Of a DNA stretch of 64,000 bases, positions 1-9,769 are shown in pieces. Origin of the DNA: a virus (lineage: Duplodnaviria > Heunggongvirae > Uroviricota > Caudoviricetes); IMG/VR virus record IMGVR_UViG_3300020109_000007, positions 47,463 to 111,462 of that record. The stretch is one strand, 5' to 3'. The position numbers and the translations under genes were made by a program. Numbering within the stretch: position 1 is the stretch's first letter; every line of letters starts with the position of its first letter. A model generated the notes under the pieces. It did not search any database and was not told where the DNA came from. It saw only the letters and a list, made by a program, of their open reading frames with translations.

Positions 1-617
1 TGGGTTCCAAAAGCACAAACTACGTTCTTTAGCCCTTTGTCCCATAGGTTTAGCATATCAAATATGCCTTCAACCAAAATTACTTTACCTTGAGTAGGGG
101 TAACTCTAGCAGGAAAAAGAGGAAGGGAGGCCCCATTAGGTTTAATTAAATATTTAGGTGTCTTCTCAGGCGTGAGCGCTCTTCCGTTGAAAGCGACGAT
201 TTTTCCGGAAATGCTTCGGATAGGAAACACAAGCCTGCCAACATAATCAGGGTGATTGTGTTCAAACGCCTCAAATTCTTCGAAAGTCTTTCCATTTATG
301 TTCCTCCAATTTCTATTAAACTTAACAGCGTTAGTAGGAATATCCAAACCGATATTTTCAGCTAACTTTAATCCTAACTTCTTCTGAAATAATTCTCTCT
401 GTCTTTGTAGATAGTTTACTTTCTCCTCAAACAGAGAGAATATATCTCCTTTAAATCCACATGAAAAACAGTTAAAGATACCAGTTATCTTATCAATTCT
501 CATGCTAGGATTATTGTCATCGTGATCTGGATTTAGACAATGAACTTTATAGTCTTGTCCTTGAAGCTGATAAGGAATTTTTCTCTTCTCTAAAACCTGT
601 TGCACATCAGTCATCAT
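1..617 (-). CDS. DNA primase (DnaG-like zinc ribbon + TOPRIM), N-terminal ~205 aa; gene continues beyond window start
   Basis: Own translation of the reverse complement gives MMTDVQQVLEKRKIPYQLQGQDYKVHCLNPDHDDNNPSMRIDKITGIFNCFSCGFKGDIFS... with a Cys/His zinc motif and a TOPRIM-like VILVEGIFDMLNLWDKG. The ATG at 615-617 overlaps the helicase stop. Confidence 0.7.
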   Translation of the reverse strand, partial: MMTDVQQVLEKRKIPYQLQGQDYKVHCLNPDHDDNNPSMRIDKITGIFNCFSCGFKGDIFSLFEEKVNYLQRQRELFQKKLGLKLAENIGLDIPTNAVKFNRNWRNINGKTFEEFEAFEHNHPDYVGRLVFPIRSISGKIVAFNGRALTPEKTPKYLIKPNGASLPLFPARVTPTQGKVILVEGIFDMLNLWDKGLKNVVCAFGT

Positions 618-1983
618 AGATCCCCGAAGTCTTTATACTAATGTCTCCGCCCGAATTACTCTTTGAAGATTTCTTCGTATCTTGCGGTGGTTCGACCGAA
701 TGAGGTCCGATAACAAGAGTCATCCAATCTACAGCAGAGGTAAAGACTTCTGAGTCATCTCCGCTTCGCATCTTATCAGTAAAGAACGACATACCGGAAA
801 CTTCTCCCTTGTGTGCCTTAAGGTGAAAAGCTGCGTCACACGCGTCGAGCAGACCTTGCCCCAAACGAACCGATCCGTCCTCTTTAGTCTGAAATGGAGA
901 CAGAATAGGGACTTTTCTATCCTGAGCAATTCTCTTTAAACCGTTGGAAACGAGAATCTGCTCTTTCCAGTCTAAGTTATCTACAGTGAACCCGCCACCG
1001 ACTCGGCTTACTTTATTTACGTAGTCTACTACTATAATTCCAATATCTTCACCGGCAGCTATTCTTTTGTCTACTTCAGCATTAATTCTACCTAGAGTAA
1101 GCCCAGGATCATAGACAATATCCAAATGTGCAGGCACGAGTGGATGCTTGGAAATAGCGGCGTGATATTTCTCAAATGAGCGGTGCTCTAGGTATTTACG
1201 ATAGGCTTCCTCTCCGTCTTGGAATCTAGTAGACCACCACTTGGCCACTCTTTCCCACTCGTCAACGGACATATTCTTGTTTTTAATTTTTGTAAAAGGT
1301 ATCTTAGTAGAGATAGCACAATCTCTCTGCAACACCTCTCGCGGCAACATTTCGATAGAGAAGTATAACGCCTTCTTCTTTTTCTTCTCAACTACATTGT
1401 TACAGGTATTGGAGCATACTAGAGATTTACCTGTTCCTCTATATCCGCCCATCAGAATGTAGTCTGTAGATAGAAAAGTAAATCGACTATCGAAGTCGTC
1501 ATTAAGTCCTAAAGTAATTCTACTAGCCATCTCTTCCTCCGACTCAAACAGATTAATTCGCTGCATTGTCTCTTCTGGCGGAGATAACTCTACTTTGTTC
1601 TCTAGGTCTACACCTATCTGCTGAATGTGTCGTACAACTTCTTCGGCTGTCTCGAATGCAATGGAGCTATCCACCCACTTAGACATTTGGTAGATAGCTT
1701 CTCTCTGCACATACTCGTTCTTAACATATTCTAGTAAGACATGAGCTTCAGTGTCTACTTCAATTGTTTCAAGTGCATAAACTTTTTCGAGAGTAGGCTC
1801 GTCTCGAACCTCTAGCTTTAACTCTTCCAAGCTAGGTAGCTTGTGAAAAGTTTCAGTGTGCTTCTCAATAACTTCAAAAAGAGTCTGATATTCGGTAGCT
1901 AGATAGTGCTTACGCACGTTTGCCCACGTATCAAAGTCTTCCGATTCTAACACGCGGTATATCAAGGCACCGGCCAAATTCAT
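607..1983 (-). CDS. Replicative DNA helicase, DnaB/gp41-like
   Basis: 458-aa ORF with a Walker A-like GGYRGTGKS and a RecA-like C-terminal domain (IVVDYVNKV..., ...FHLKAHKGE). Helicase and primase are adjacent and overlap, as in T4 genes 41 and 61. Confidence 0.75.
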   Translation of the reverse strand: MNLAGALIYRVLESEDFDTWANVRKHYLATEYQTLFEVIEKHTETFHKLPSLEELKLEVRDEPTLEKVYALETIEVDTEAHVLLEYVKNEYVQREAIYQMSKWVDSSIAFETAEEVVRHIQQIGVDLENKVELSPPEETMQRINLFESEEEMASRITLGLNDDFDSRFTFLSTDYILMGGYRGTGKSLVCSNTCNNVVEKKKKKALYFSIEMLPREVLQRDCAISTKIPFTKIKNKNMSVDEWERVAKWWSTRFQDGEEAYRKYLEHRSFEKYHAAISKHPLVPAHLDIVYDPGLTLGRINAEVDKRIAAGEDIGIIVVDYVNKVSRVGGGFTVDNLDWKEQILVSNGLKRIAQDRKVPILSPFQTKEDGSVRLGQGLLDACDAAFHLKAHKGEVSGMSFFTDKMRSGDDSEVFTSAVDWMTLVIGPHSVEPPQDTKKSSKSNSGGDISIKTSGIYDD

Positions 1984-2699
1984 AATCTAACCTCCCTGAT
2001 ATAGTTACCTAATAATTCTTTACAATTTAAACTTAAAAGTTCTCTATGCCCGTCAAAGACTTTCGAACTGGTATACTTATAGTCTATGAAATCTCGAAGT
2101 ATGTCTTGCTCTATTTCATAAGCGTTCTCTAACGTAGAGCTTATTTTGTGTAATAGCTTTGTTTTGAAAGGAATCTTACTCAGTCTGCCACACAAGTTAA
2201 CGTCTGTAGTTACCCCTACTTTGATACATATAGGTATAGTATTATATAACTCTACAATATATAGAGTAGCTACCGCACTTTTTTGGTCGGGAAAGCGTTC
2301 AAAATATCCTTTAGAGTACCTACCTCTGTTATTGCACTTTACACAACCATAGCCTCTCAGTACTAAATCTGGGCGTAAGGAACTAATATGACCTTTAGTA
2401 CATGTATAATTAAGAGGCGTTTTATTATTAATGTATGTTTCGCCATCTACTAACGAAAAATGTTTATTTAACTTGTGCAGATCGGCTACGTGTTGCTCAG
2501 TGTTTTTCTTTTTAGTAAACTTTCTTAAGCACTCAGGGCAGCCTCTACCTCTAAGTATATTTACTGGTTGTGCGTACCATTTATGGCCGTTTAAGCATTC
2601 ATGTAGTATTTTGTCATGAGCTCTCGTATACTCTTCTAAAGGCCAGTAATCTATCTGTTTCTCGAAGAGTTCACTCTCATACTGCTCATGCGTCTTCAC
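1980..2699 (-). CDS. Putative homing endonuclease, Zn-ribbon repeats + GIY-YIG-like (T5orf172-type) domain
   Basis: Repeated GH.W......LRGRGCPEC zinc ribbons. The C-terminus LYIVELYN...IKVGVT...FDGHRELL resembles the T5orf172/GIY-YIG fold shared with five other ORFs in the window. Confidence 0.5.
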   Translation of the reverse strand: MKTHEQYESELFEKQIDYWPLEEYTRAHDKILHECLNGHKWYAQPVNILRGRGCPECLRKFTKKKNTEQHVADLHKLNKHFSLVDGETYINNKTPLNYTCTKGHISSLRPDLVLRGYGCVKCNNRGRYSKGYFERFPDQKSAVATLYIVELYNTIPICIKVGVTTDVNLCGRLSKIPFKTKLLHKISSTLENAYEIEQDILRDFIDYKYTSSKVFDGHRELLSLNCKELLGNYIREVRL

Positions 2700-2771
2700 T
2701 AATCCTCCTAAGACAAGATTAGGCGAGGCAGCTTGTAGCCACCCCGCCTTATTCTCAATTAAGAAGGTTAC

Positions 2772-3494
2772 TTACTCAGCAGCCTTCTTCTGCTTTGCAG
2801 CACCGTCATAGTCCTTGGCGGTAAGACCACGGCGTGTAAGAATGGTCTTAATACCACGCTCAGTCTTGCCAGTCTCCTGAACTAGCTCGGCTACAGTCAT
2901 ACCGGATACCCTATCGCCGAGAGCGGTGATCGCGTCCTGTGCCTGACCCTTAACTTCGCGCTGCTTAGGCATTTCAGAGATCTGCTCGGCACGAAGCAGG
3001 CTTAGAGCCTTACCACGAACGCTGGCCTGCGTCTTGCCCAGCTTGTCGGCAATATCCTCAAGGAAAGCACCGTCATTGACCATGCTGACAATCAGAGCAG
3101 CCTCTTCATCAGTGTAAGTCTTAGTAGACTCAGCCTTAGGAGTTGGACGAACAGCGTTCGTTAGCTGCATGCTTAGGATCTTACCCTGAACAGCGCGAGC
3201 AGTAAACTTACCACCAGCAAAGTTTTCCGCAATCTCAGCATAAGTGTATTCACCGTCATGCTCCTCAACAAAGTCACGAAGCTCTTCAGCCTCGTCGTCG
3301 CTGAAAGCCTTAGGAGCTTCAGAAGCCTTCTCTACTTCATAGTCAAGCTTACGCAGCTTGCTGGAGATAGAACGAGCAGTCGTGCCCAGTTCTTCAGCCA
3401 ATTCATTTACGCGAGCCTTAGTAACAGTCTCGCCCTTAGTCACACCAGCAACAAGCTGGTCAGTACGTTCTTCAGTCCACTTAGGAACAGTCAT
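2772..3494 (-). CDS. Hypothetical protein with four ~35-aa HeH/Rho-N-like repeats
   Basis: Internal repeats ELAEELGTTARSISSKLRKL, IAENFAGGKFTARAVQGKI, DIADKLGKTQASVRGKALSL and TVAELVQETGKTERGIKTILTRRGL. Confidence 0.35.
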   Translation of the reverse strand: MTVPKWTEERTDQLVAGVTKGETVTKARVNELAEELGTTARSISSKLRKLDYEVEKASEAPKAFSDDEAEELRDFVEEHDGEYTYAEIAENFAGGKFTARAVQGKILSMQLTNAVRPTPKAESTKTYTDEEAALIVSMVNDGAFLEDIADKLGKTQASVRGKALSLLRAEQISEMPKQREVKGQAQDAITALGDRVSGMTVAELVQETGKTERGIKTILTRRGLTAKDYDGAAKQKKAAE

Positions 3495-4234
3495 TAAAAA
3501 TTCTCCAAATATTCTTTTAGGTTTGATACAATAGTTACGCCGTCATCGACGGCCTTCTTGGTTTTTGCGGTTTCTACTCCGCTTTCGTTAACTAGAATAG
3601 TCACATCTTTGGTGAGGCTACTCTTCACAGTAAATCCCAGACTTTCCAGAGCTTCTGTAGCTGCTGCTTTAGTAGGAAAGCTCTTCAACTTTCCACTAAT
3701 GCAAACTACTTCAGAAGTCCTCGGTCCTTGTTGTTTATTGGAAAACTCAAAACTGAAGGGCAGATGATAAATCTCATTATGCTCTAACCAATTCAGCAGG
3801 TTTTCGGTCGCTTTTGGCCCCAGTCCCGCAGATTTACATGCCTGCGCGTCAATATCCTCAATACAAGAAACTACATTAGATAGCTTGTCAGAGGCAGTCT
3901 TTCCTACTAGCGGAATACCGAAAGCAGGCAAAACTGTATTTAGAGGCTCTGATTTTGACCTCTCAATCTCTTCGATAAGCTTTCCAGCGAGCTTTTCCGA
4001 TTTTAGCTGCATCGCTGCAAATTCTTCGGTTATCTCGTAAATATCGTCGATGCTAGAGAGCCCTAACTTCTCGATAGTGCTAGGTCCTAGTCCTTTGATC
4101 TTGAGCGTCTTAGAAAAATGCTCAATCTGCTTAAAACTCTTAGCAGGACAGGAGGTGTTTTTACAATAGAGTTGGTCCTTGACCCAAACAAGGTCAGAGT
4201 CACAACTCGGGCAATTTGTAGGTGCTTCGATCAA
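3494..4234 (-). CDS. NAD-dependent DNA ligase, C-terminal fragment (Zn finger, HhH, BRCT)
   Basis: Cys4 motif CPSCDSDLVWVKDQLYCKNTSCPAK, HhH-like IKGLGPSTIEKLGL and a BRCT-like tail VCISGKL...LESLGFTV. Confidence 0.75.
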   Translation of the reverse strand: MIEAPTNCPSCDSDLVWVKDQLYCKNTSCPAKSFKQIEHFSKTLKIKGLGPSTIEKLGLSSIDDIYEITEEFAAMQLKSEKLAGKLIEEIERSKSEPLNTVLPAFGIPLVGKTASDKLSNVVSCIEDIDAQACKSAGLGPKATENLLNWLEHNEIYHLPFSFEFSNKQQGPRTSEVVCISGKLKSFPTKAAATEALESLGFTVKSSLTKDVTILVNESGVETAKTKKAVDDGVTIVSNLKEYLENF

Positions 4235-4308
4235 GGTTGTCTCTCTGCTCTTGATGTTGCCATTATAACTTGTTGGAACCTGCGAGTCAAGAACTAATTT
4301 TTGGCTGC

Positions 4309-4680
4309 TTAAGGCTCTTTAGGAATTGACTTTAAGATTGGACGGAGCTGCTCAATTTTAAACAGCTCAGTGTGACCTCCAAACTTACGAGAGGCTGTAT
4401 ACTTGTAATCGCCCCATAACTCATGAAGATATTGCTCTAAATAGTATATATCTTCCAGTCTACCTGTAACTGTCTTTTGAATTCGTATGTCGTACCCAGT
4501 AAATCCGTTAGCACGTTTAATTACATGCCGCCAATCTTTACCCTTGGCAATTCCAATCTTAATACATTCTCTCTTGCTGGTCTTAACATCTACCAAGACT
4601 ACACAATAAAGAACAGCCTCAACATCTCGCTCTTCTGGGTTATTTTTGAAATATGTCTCGTTATAGATTCCCAGACTCAT
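4309..4680 (-). CDS. Small GIY-YIG-like (T5orf172-type) putative endonuclease
   Basis: VLYCVVLVDV...IKIGIAKG...R then KFGGHTELF, the same C-terminal signature as the other T5orf172-like ORFs. It is inserted between the two ligase fragments. Confidence 0.45.
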   Translation of the reverse strand: MSLGIYNETYFKNNPEERDVEAVLYCVVLVDVKTSKRECIKIGIAKGKDWRHVIKRANGFTGYDIRIQKTVTGRLEDIYYLEQYLHELWGDYKYTASRKFGGHTELFKIEQLRPILKSIPKEP

Positions 4681-4933
4681 TCGTGATCCAATCCTTTAGC
4701 TCGGATGCAGAACAAGAACCAATTTTACGAGAAACCTCCTCTGTACCCTTTAATAACACAAAACTGGGAATAGAGCGAATTCCATATTCGGCCCTTAATT
4801 GAGGGTTATCATCAATATTAACTTCTGATAGCACTACCTCGTCCTGCAGCTCTTCTACCACTTGGATAACAGTAGGAGCCATCGCCTTGCACGGACCGCA
4901 CCAATCTGCATAAAATTTAAGTAATGTTAACAA
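4661..4933 (-). CDS. Thioredoxin
   Basis: 90 aa with the canonical WCGPCK active site and a thioredoxin-fold C-terminus (IRSIPSFVLLK). Confidence 0.85.
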   Translation of the reverse strand: MLTLLKFYADWCGPCKAMAPTVIQVVEELQDEVVLSEVNIDDNPQLRAEYGIRSIPSFVLLKGTEEVSRKIGSCSASELKDWITNESGNL

Positions 4934-5862
4934 TCTATTCTCCTTACTACTCGCGGAATAATCTCGCCAGATCGAATGACTTCAACATTGCAGCCGATCT
5001 CTAGACCTAATTCGCGAATATAGCCTATATTGTGCAGAGTCGCCCTCTGCACTTGAGCATCACCGATCATTACAGGTTCTAGAATCGCTACCGGGGCCAC
5101 CACTCCAGAACGTCCCACCTGCCATTGAACAGCATTGAGAGTAGTAATTACACCCTGCTGCACCTCTTTAAGCGCGTAAGCGCCTCGGGGGTGCTTGTCG
5201 GTGAAGCCTAGCTTATTAAAATCGTAAGTGCTATTTACACGAAATACGCGTCCATCGTGAGGGAACTGCTCCCACTCACCAGCCGTGATAACGTTAAATC
5301 CGTCCTCTACCAACCAATTCATTGAGTCAGTATAAGAGGCGAAAATACAATTGTCACTCTGTACACCGTATGCTACAAAAGTAAGCTTACGACTAGCAAA
5401 TTCATCCAGATTTTTAAGTCCAAGAGCACCAGCTGCGTAGTTTCTAGAGTTAGGTATTGACTTCTCAGCGACTACCTCCCCAGTAACTTGCATAACGTCT
5501 CCGCCATAACAGTTAGGAGGAGCAATCAAACGCATCTTGTCAGTAATATCTAGCCCAGCTTTACCGTCACCGCGCGTAAGCGCGAGAACCAGGTTTCCAT
5601 CTACATAGAGTAGTGATACTGCTGCACCATCTAATTTAGGCGTCTCGATAACCTCACCTGGAAGTTCGATTTGCTTTCCACCAACAAAACACTTTTGCAA
5701 AGAGTACATTCTATGAGCGTGAGGAATTGCTCGACTCAAGTCTACAGGAGCCCCAAGCTGCTCAAACCCATGTAGCTCTGCCAGACGATCAAACTCGGTA
5801 TCACTGATAACAGGCTCGCCAGCATAATACTTAGCAGCTGCGTACTCTAGGAAAGCTTTCAC
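4927..5862 (-). CDS. NAD-dependent DNA ligase, N-terminal fragment (adenylation + OB domains)
   Basis: KxDG adenylation motif KLDGAAVSL. The OB-domain pattern AVQWQVGRSGVVAPVAILEPV...RATLHN ends just before the position of the Zn finger in LigA. Confidence 0.8.
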   Translation of the reverse strand: MKAFLEYAAAKYYAGEPVISDTEFDRLAELHGFEQLGAPVDLSRAIPHAHRMYSLQKCFVGGKQIELPGEVIETPKLDGAAVSLLYVDGNLVLALTRGDGKAGLDITDKMRLIAPPNCYGGDVMQVTGEVVAEKSIPNSRNYAAGALGLKNLDEFASRKLTFVAYGVQSDNCIFASYTDSMNWLVEDGFNVITAGEWEQFPHDGRVFRVNSTYDFNKLGFTDKHPRGAYALKEVQQGVITTLNAVQWQVGRSGVVAPVAILEPVMIGDAQVQRATLHNIGYIRELGLEIGCNVEVIRSGEIIPRVVRRIDC

Positions 5863-6146
5863 GGATACATATGCTCCACTAATTCTTTAAATTCTTGAAC
5901 TATAACTTCTTTTTGCTCTGCTAGTGACAAAATCTCACACAAACCAGCAAAAAGCTCTTTGCTATTTTCGATACCTAAAGGCATGGATACTCCCTCATTA
6001 GAATGGCACCATTCGCCCTCAAAGTCTCTGTAAAATTTACGAAGATACAGATATTCTACACCTCGAAACTCGTTAATGCCGAGTCGAATTTGAATATCTT
6101 TTTCTTCGTCATAATGTACTATTCTACTATATATCTCATCGGCCAC
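5859..6146 (-). CDS. Hypothetical protein
   Basis: 95-aa ORF in the minus-strand operon context. Confidence 0.3.
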   Translation of the reverse strand: MADEIYSRIVHYDEEKDIQIRLGINEFRGVEYLYLRKFYRDFEGEWCHSNEGVSMPLGIENSKELFAGLCEILSLAEQKEVIVQEFKELVEHMYP

Positions 6147-6411
6147 TCTTGCCTTCCTTTAGCGAGTGACTTAAAGCCACAACGCTGGTAACATTAGCAA
6201 CCTTCATGAGCCTGTATGCGTCAACGTCCCAGCACCACATAAGCACTGTGTCGTCAGTCTCTCTAGCTCTATTCTCCTTGTCACGAATATACGGGTTGTC
6301 AAAGTCTAGAGTGCATACATTATACTTCAGCTTGTTGGACTCGGCACTTCTATAGTTAATGATAGCTTCGCCGCACTCCTTAACAGAGCTAATTAGTTCT
6401 TCTTTTGTCAT
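6136..6411 (-). CDS. Hypothetical protein
   Basis: 91-aa ORF. Confidence 0.3.
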   Translation of the reverse strand: MTKEELISSVKECGEAIINYRSAESNKLKYNVCTLDFDNPYIRDKENRARETDDTVLMWCWDVDAYRLMKVANVTSVVALSHSLKEGKSGR

Positions 6412-6496
6412 TATTATCCTCGTCCGGCAGATTGGCTATTTGTTGCGGGCACGAGCAAGCATCAGGCTAGAAAAAATCTAGCCTGATGCAGTACGC

Positions 6497-6871
6497 TTAC
6501 TTGTTGTTTACAGCTTCGATGATCTCTGCAAAATGCAGAGCAGCCTTACCTGTCAGCTTGCTCACGATCTCGGAGTCAGCTTCCTGCCCCGCAGCCTCGA
6601 TAGCTGCATTGAGGCGTGCATGAGCCTCATCCTTGCTCACTCGTGTAGAAGCCTTCTTCTCACCGCCAGAACTGGATGAGGAAGACTTAGTGGCTGGAGT
6701 CTTCTTAACGTAGACGTCCGCCTGGCTGAGAATACGACGAACGCCATTTGGCGACTTACCGATTTCTTCAGCAATATCGTTAACAATGTCCATAGAGTTA
6801 TCGGCATTAGGCTCAGCGTCCTTATAACGCTTAATAACGTCTGCCTTAAGCTCCTCGGTCCATTCACTCAT
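6497..6871 (-). CDS. Hypothetical protein with two HeH/Rho-N-like motifs flanking a Ser/Lys-rich linker
   Basis: DIAEEIGKSPNGVRRIL and KLTGKAALHFAEII, related to the repeats in 2772..3494. Confidence 0.35.
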   Translation of the reverse strand: MSEWTEELKADVIKRYKDAEPNADNSMDIVNDIAEEIGKSPNGVRRILSQADVYVKKTPATKSSSSSSGGEKKASTRVSKDEAHARLNAAIEAAGQEADSEIVSKLTGKAALHFAEIIEAVNNK

Positions 6872-6936
6872 TTAGATTACCTCTTTCTCTGTTGTTAGAT
6901 ACGCATTATAGGTTACTGGAACCATGAAGTCAAGAA

Positions 6937-7143
6937 CTAAATTAATTGATCCTCATTGAGATCTCGTGCCAGTACACAGAAAGATTCTCGCCTCAGTTCC
7001 GGAGGAACCCGCACAGCGTTATTCACTTGCTGACTAGCTTCGATACATTGTTGCATAGTATCATAACTTTTATGTACTAGTCGCGTCGGAATACCTGAGT
7101 CAGGTACCATCGTCATTAGAACGATAATCAATATAGTCTTCAA
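6937..7143 (-). CDS. Small secreted/membrane protein
   Basis: N-terminal hydrophobic signal-like MKTILIIVLMTMV. Confidence 0.3.
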   Translation of the reverse strand: MKTILIIVLMTMVPDSGIPTRLVHKSYDTMQQCIEASQQVNNAVRVPPELRRESFCVLARDLNEDQLI

Positions 7144-7932
7144 TTAAATCTCCAAAATTAGGTTGGGGTTAAACTCTTCATTTTCTGGGTTAGAGCCGTC
7201 AGGCTTAGCATAGCCTCTGGGATTTGCAATAATTCGAGTGCCTCCAATATGATAATCAAAACTGGAATGTACATGTCCATGAGTCCAGAGCTTAATTTCT
7301 GGGTGTGCTTCGATAAAGCTATCCATGTGGCTGGCGTAGCCAGCATTTAGTGGTCCGTACTTCTCGTACTTAGGATGAATACTCTTGTAGCTGGGAGCAT
7401 GGTGACCTACGAACACAGTTGCTCCTGTTCCATGGAAGGCTTGCTTTGCTTTTGTATGGTAACTATACGTCTCCGCAGGAACAAGCTTACGATAAGTTCT
7501 ACCTGTAATAAGCTTGTAATCGTTCATGCCACTACGAACGACTTCCTGCTTATACATAGAACCATCAAAGTCGGTCCACAAGGTAGAGCCAAAGAACTTA
7601 ACTCCATCGAGTAGCACAGTCTCGTTATCAAGAATGTGCAGATTTGGAATATGCTCTAGAACTCGCTTTAGAAGATCAGCGGTCTCATAAAAGTTATACT
7701 TATAATGCTCGTGATTTCCAAGAACGTAGACTACGTGGTTGTACTGAGCACACAAGTCCTCAAACCAGCGAATCCAAGCTCTGGCAACGAGCGCATAGGG
7801 AGATGCCTTACTACGGTGAAAATACTCCGCAGTAAGAATATCACCAGACAGAATAAGAGTATCAGCACCTGGATTAGTTAGCTCAATAGGAGCAAACTCC
7901 ATGTGAAGATCACTGACTAGATGGATTTTCAT
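7144..7932 (-). CDS. Calcineurin-like metallophosphoesterase
   Basis: Motifs DLHMEF, LILSGDI, GNHEHY, GHHAPS and THGHVHSS. Confidence 0.75.
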   Translation of the reverse strand: MKIHLVSDLHMEFAPIELTNPGADTLILSGDILTAEYFHRSKASPYALVARAWIRWFEDLCAQYNHVVYVLGNHEHYKYNFYETADLLKRVLEHIPNLHILDNETVLLDGVKFFGSTLWTDFDGSMYKQEVVRSGMNDYKLITGRTYRKLVPAETYSYHTKAKQAFHGTGATVFVGHHAPSYKSIHPKYEKYGPLNAGYASHMDSFIEAHPEIKLWTHGHVHSSFDYHIGGTRIIANPRGYAKPDGSNPENEEFNPNLILEI

Positions 7933-7936
7933 ACAT

Positions 7937-8149
7937 TTATCCTACTGCAAATTTGTGCCCACGATCAGACTTAATTTCTCGCTGAAAAGCCTCTACTAGT
8001 CGTTCGGCCGAGCCAGTAGGTCCGATGTAGAGAGTCACGTCATTGAACTTAGACTTAACAGAGAGTTGAAGCAACTTTGCTATCCTGCTCATGGTGGCCG
8101 CCGTGTGCTCTATATGATCGCCCGCTACCCCCTCAAGTTTCAGGTACAT
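7937..8149 (-). CDS. Hypothetical protein
   Basis: 70-aa ORF. Confidence 0.25.
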   Translation of the reverse strand: MYLKLEGVAGDHIEHTAATMSRIAKLLQLSVKSKFNDVTLYIGPTGSAERLVEAFQREIKSDRGHKFAVG

Positions 8150-8357
8150 AAGTCACTCCTTCTGTCTGTGCGTTATTTGAGAGAAGTCCCTTAAACTTAC
8201 CACGGTTGCAACTAAACTCTCCCCAGACAAGCTCTTGGCCGTATACATTTCGCACAAGAATAGCCGGAACATCATGTTCAAGTACCGAGGCTCGTCCGTA
8301 CCCCAGAACTGTAGCTGACGAGTGTAGATCTTTTACAAAGTTATCTAACAGTGTCAT
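8133..8357 (-). CDS. Hypothetical protein
   Basis: 74-aa ORF. Confidence 0.25.
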   Translation of the reverse strand: MTLLDNFVKDLHSSATVLGYGRASVLEHDVPAILVRNVYGQELVWGEFSCNRGKFKGLLSNNAQTEGVTYVPET

Positions 8358-8563
8358 AGTCCTGACCTAACAATATCAGTAATCTCATGAACTTTATGCG
8401 AGACTATCTCAAGTCTAGGAAAGTCCTTTTTACACTTCGAGATAGCACTACCTAAAGACTCATACTCATTAGTGTGCCAACCACCAAAGGTTTCCACTCT
8501 AACCCCCTCATTAAGGTTCTTAAGAATTACAATAGTTACGTAAAACTTAATATCTAAACTCAT
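8354..8563 (-). CDS. Hypothetical protein
   Basis: 69-aa ORF. Confidence 0.25.
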   Translation of the reverse strand: MSLDIKFYVTIVILKNLNEGVRVETFGGWHTNEYESLGSAISKCKKDFPRLEIVSHKVHEITDIVRSGL

Positions 8564-8705
8564 ATTTCGCCAGCCCTGTAATTACTTACTCAGGTTAATG
8601 TTGTTACGCACCATCGTAGAGATTAGTTCTGGGGAAATTGTCCAGTCAGGCTTACCACACATTTCGGCTATTGCAAGATCCATCTTACGCATTGCTTCGT
8701 GTAGA

Positions 8706-8882
8706 TCATTCATTTGTTTCATTCCTTAGTAGGCGGGCTAGTTGCACATATTCGTTACGCTGGTTTAGTACTTTGTCGTGACTAAGCTCAATATAGTCAT
8801 TTGCTACCCAGTGAACAAAGGCTTCGTACTTTTCTTCTACTGTCTTTAGATGACCAAAGAGACTATTGTATAATCCTTGCAT
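8706..8882 (-). CDS. Hypothetical protein (probable start at the internal Met)
   Basis: The listed ORF 8706..8966 overlaps the next gene by 100 nt. An internal ATG at ~8882 gives a plausible 58-aa product. Confidence 0.25.
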   Translation of the reverse strand: MQGLYNSLFGHLKTVEEKYEAFVHWVANDYIELSHDKVLNQRNEYVQLARLLRNETNE

Positions 8883-9411
8883 TGATCTCTTCCAGTGAAA
8901 TAGGAGTATAGTTGATCTGCTCGACGCAAACGTTGATATAGCGCTGGTCGGGGTACTCTGAGTCAAAACCCTGCTCTCGCACCTTCAGCATCATTAAGTT
9001 ATTGTGAGTATGACCGTGCACGTTACGATGCCAACGCTGACTGATGCAGTCAGGATGCACCGGCACATGTGTCGCAACAAAGCGATCAAACTTGCGAAAC
9101 GAGTGCAGATCCTCAAAACCTGCGTTGTAATAATCCTTATTCTTGAAAATATCATGATTTCCAAGAATGAGACGCTTGCGCCCGTTAAATCGCTTCACCA
9201 GTTCTAGATAACGTCGATTAATCACGACGTCGCCGAGAAACCAGATTGTATCCTTTTCACGAACGACGCTGTTGTGTCGCTCGATGATAGCCTCGTTCAT
9301 CTCGTCTACGTCTGTAAACGGTCGGCACGGAGTTACACCATCGGCCTGCTTGAACACGAGGATGTTTGCGTGGCCAAGGTGATGGTCACTTGCAAAGAAA
9401 GTATTGCTCAT
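8863..9411 (-). CDS. PPP-family (lambda phosphatase/ApaH-like) metallophosphoesterase
   Basis: Motifs DHHLGH, GDVVINRR and GNHD. Confidence 0.6.
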   Translation of the reverse strand: MSNTFFASDHHLGHANILVFKQADGVTPCRPFTDVDEMNEAIIERHNSVVREKDTIWFLGDVVINRRYLELVKRFNGRKRLILGNHDIFKNKDYYNAGFEDLHSFRKFDRFVATHVPVHPDCISQRWHRNVHGHTHNNLMMLKVREQGFDSEYPDQRYINVCVEQINYTPISLEEINARIIQ

Positions 9412-9544
9412 ATTTGTTCCTTTATTGACTCATTATAAGCCGAATCAACGCACAAGGCAACACGTAACTTTAAGATTGCTAAATTTAGTAGTTCGGCGCA
9501 ACGAAAAAGGGATCGCTCCATAAAGAAGCGACCCCCTTAAATCT

Positions 9545-9769
9545 TTAGTATGCAGGCTCGGGTGAGCTCAATACAACTTCCTCAGTAGCCTGATAACGGA
9601 ACAGACCCGCTAACGCAAATAGCGCTGCAGATACACCGTTAACTAGCGTACCGGCGTCAGTAGGAACTACTACTCCGAATAGCGCAAAAACCTGAAGTAG
9701 AACACCTAGAATGGCAGTCCAGATTGTCTTAGACTTGTACCATCCCTTCTCAGTGTAAAATGCTGGCAT
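9545..9769 (-). CDS. Small membrane protein with two TM helices (holin-like topology)
   Basis: Two hydrophobic segments, AILGVLLQVFALFGVVV and AALFALAGLF. Confidence 0.35.
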   Translation of the reverse strand: MPAFYTEKGWYKSKTIWTAILGVLLQVFALFGVVVPTDAGTLVNGVSAALFALAGLFRYQATEEVVLSSPEPAY

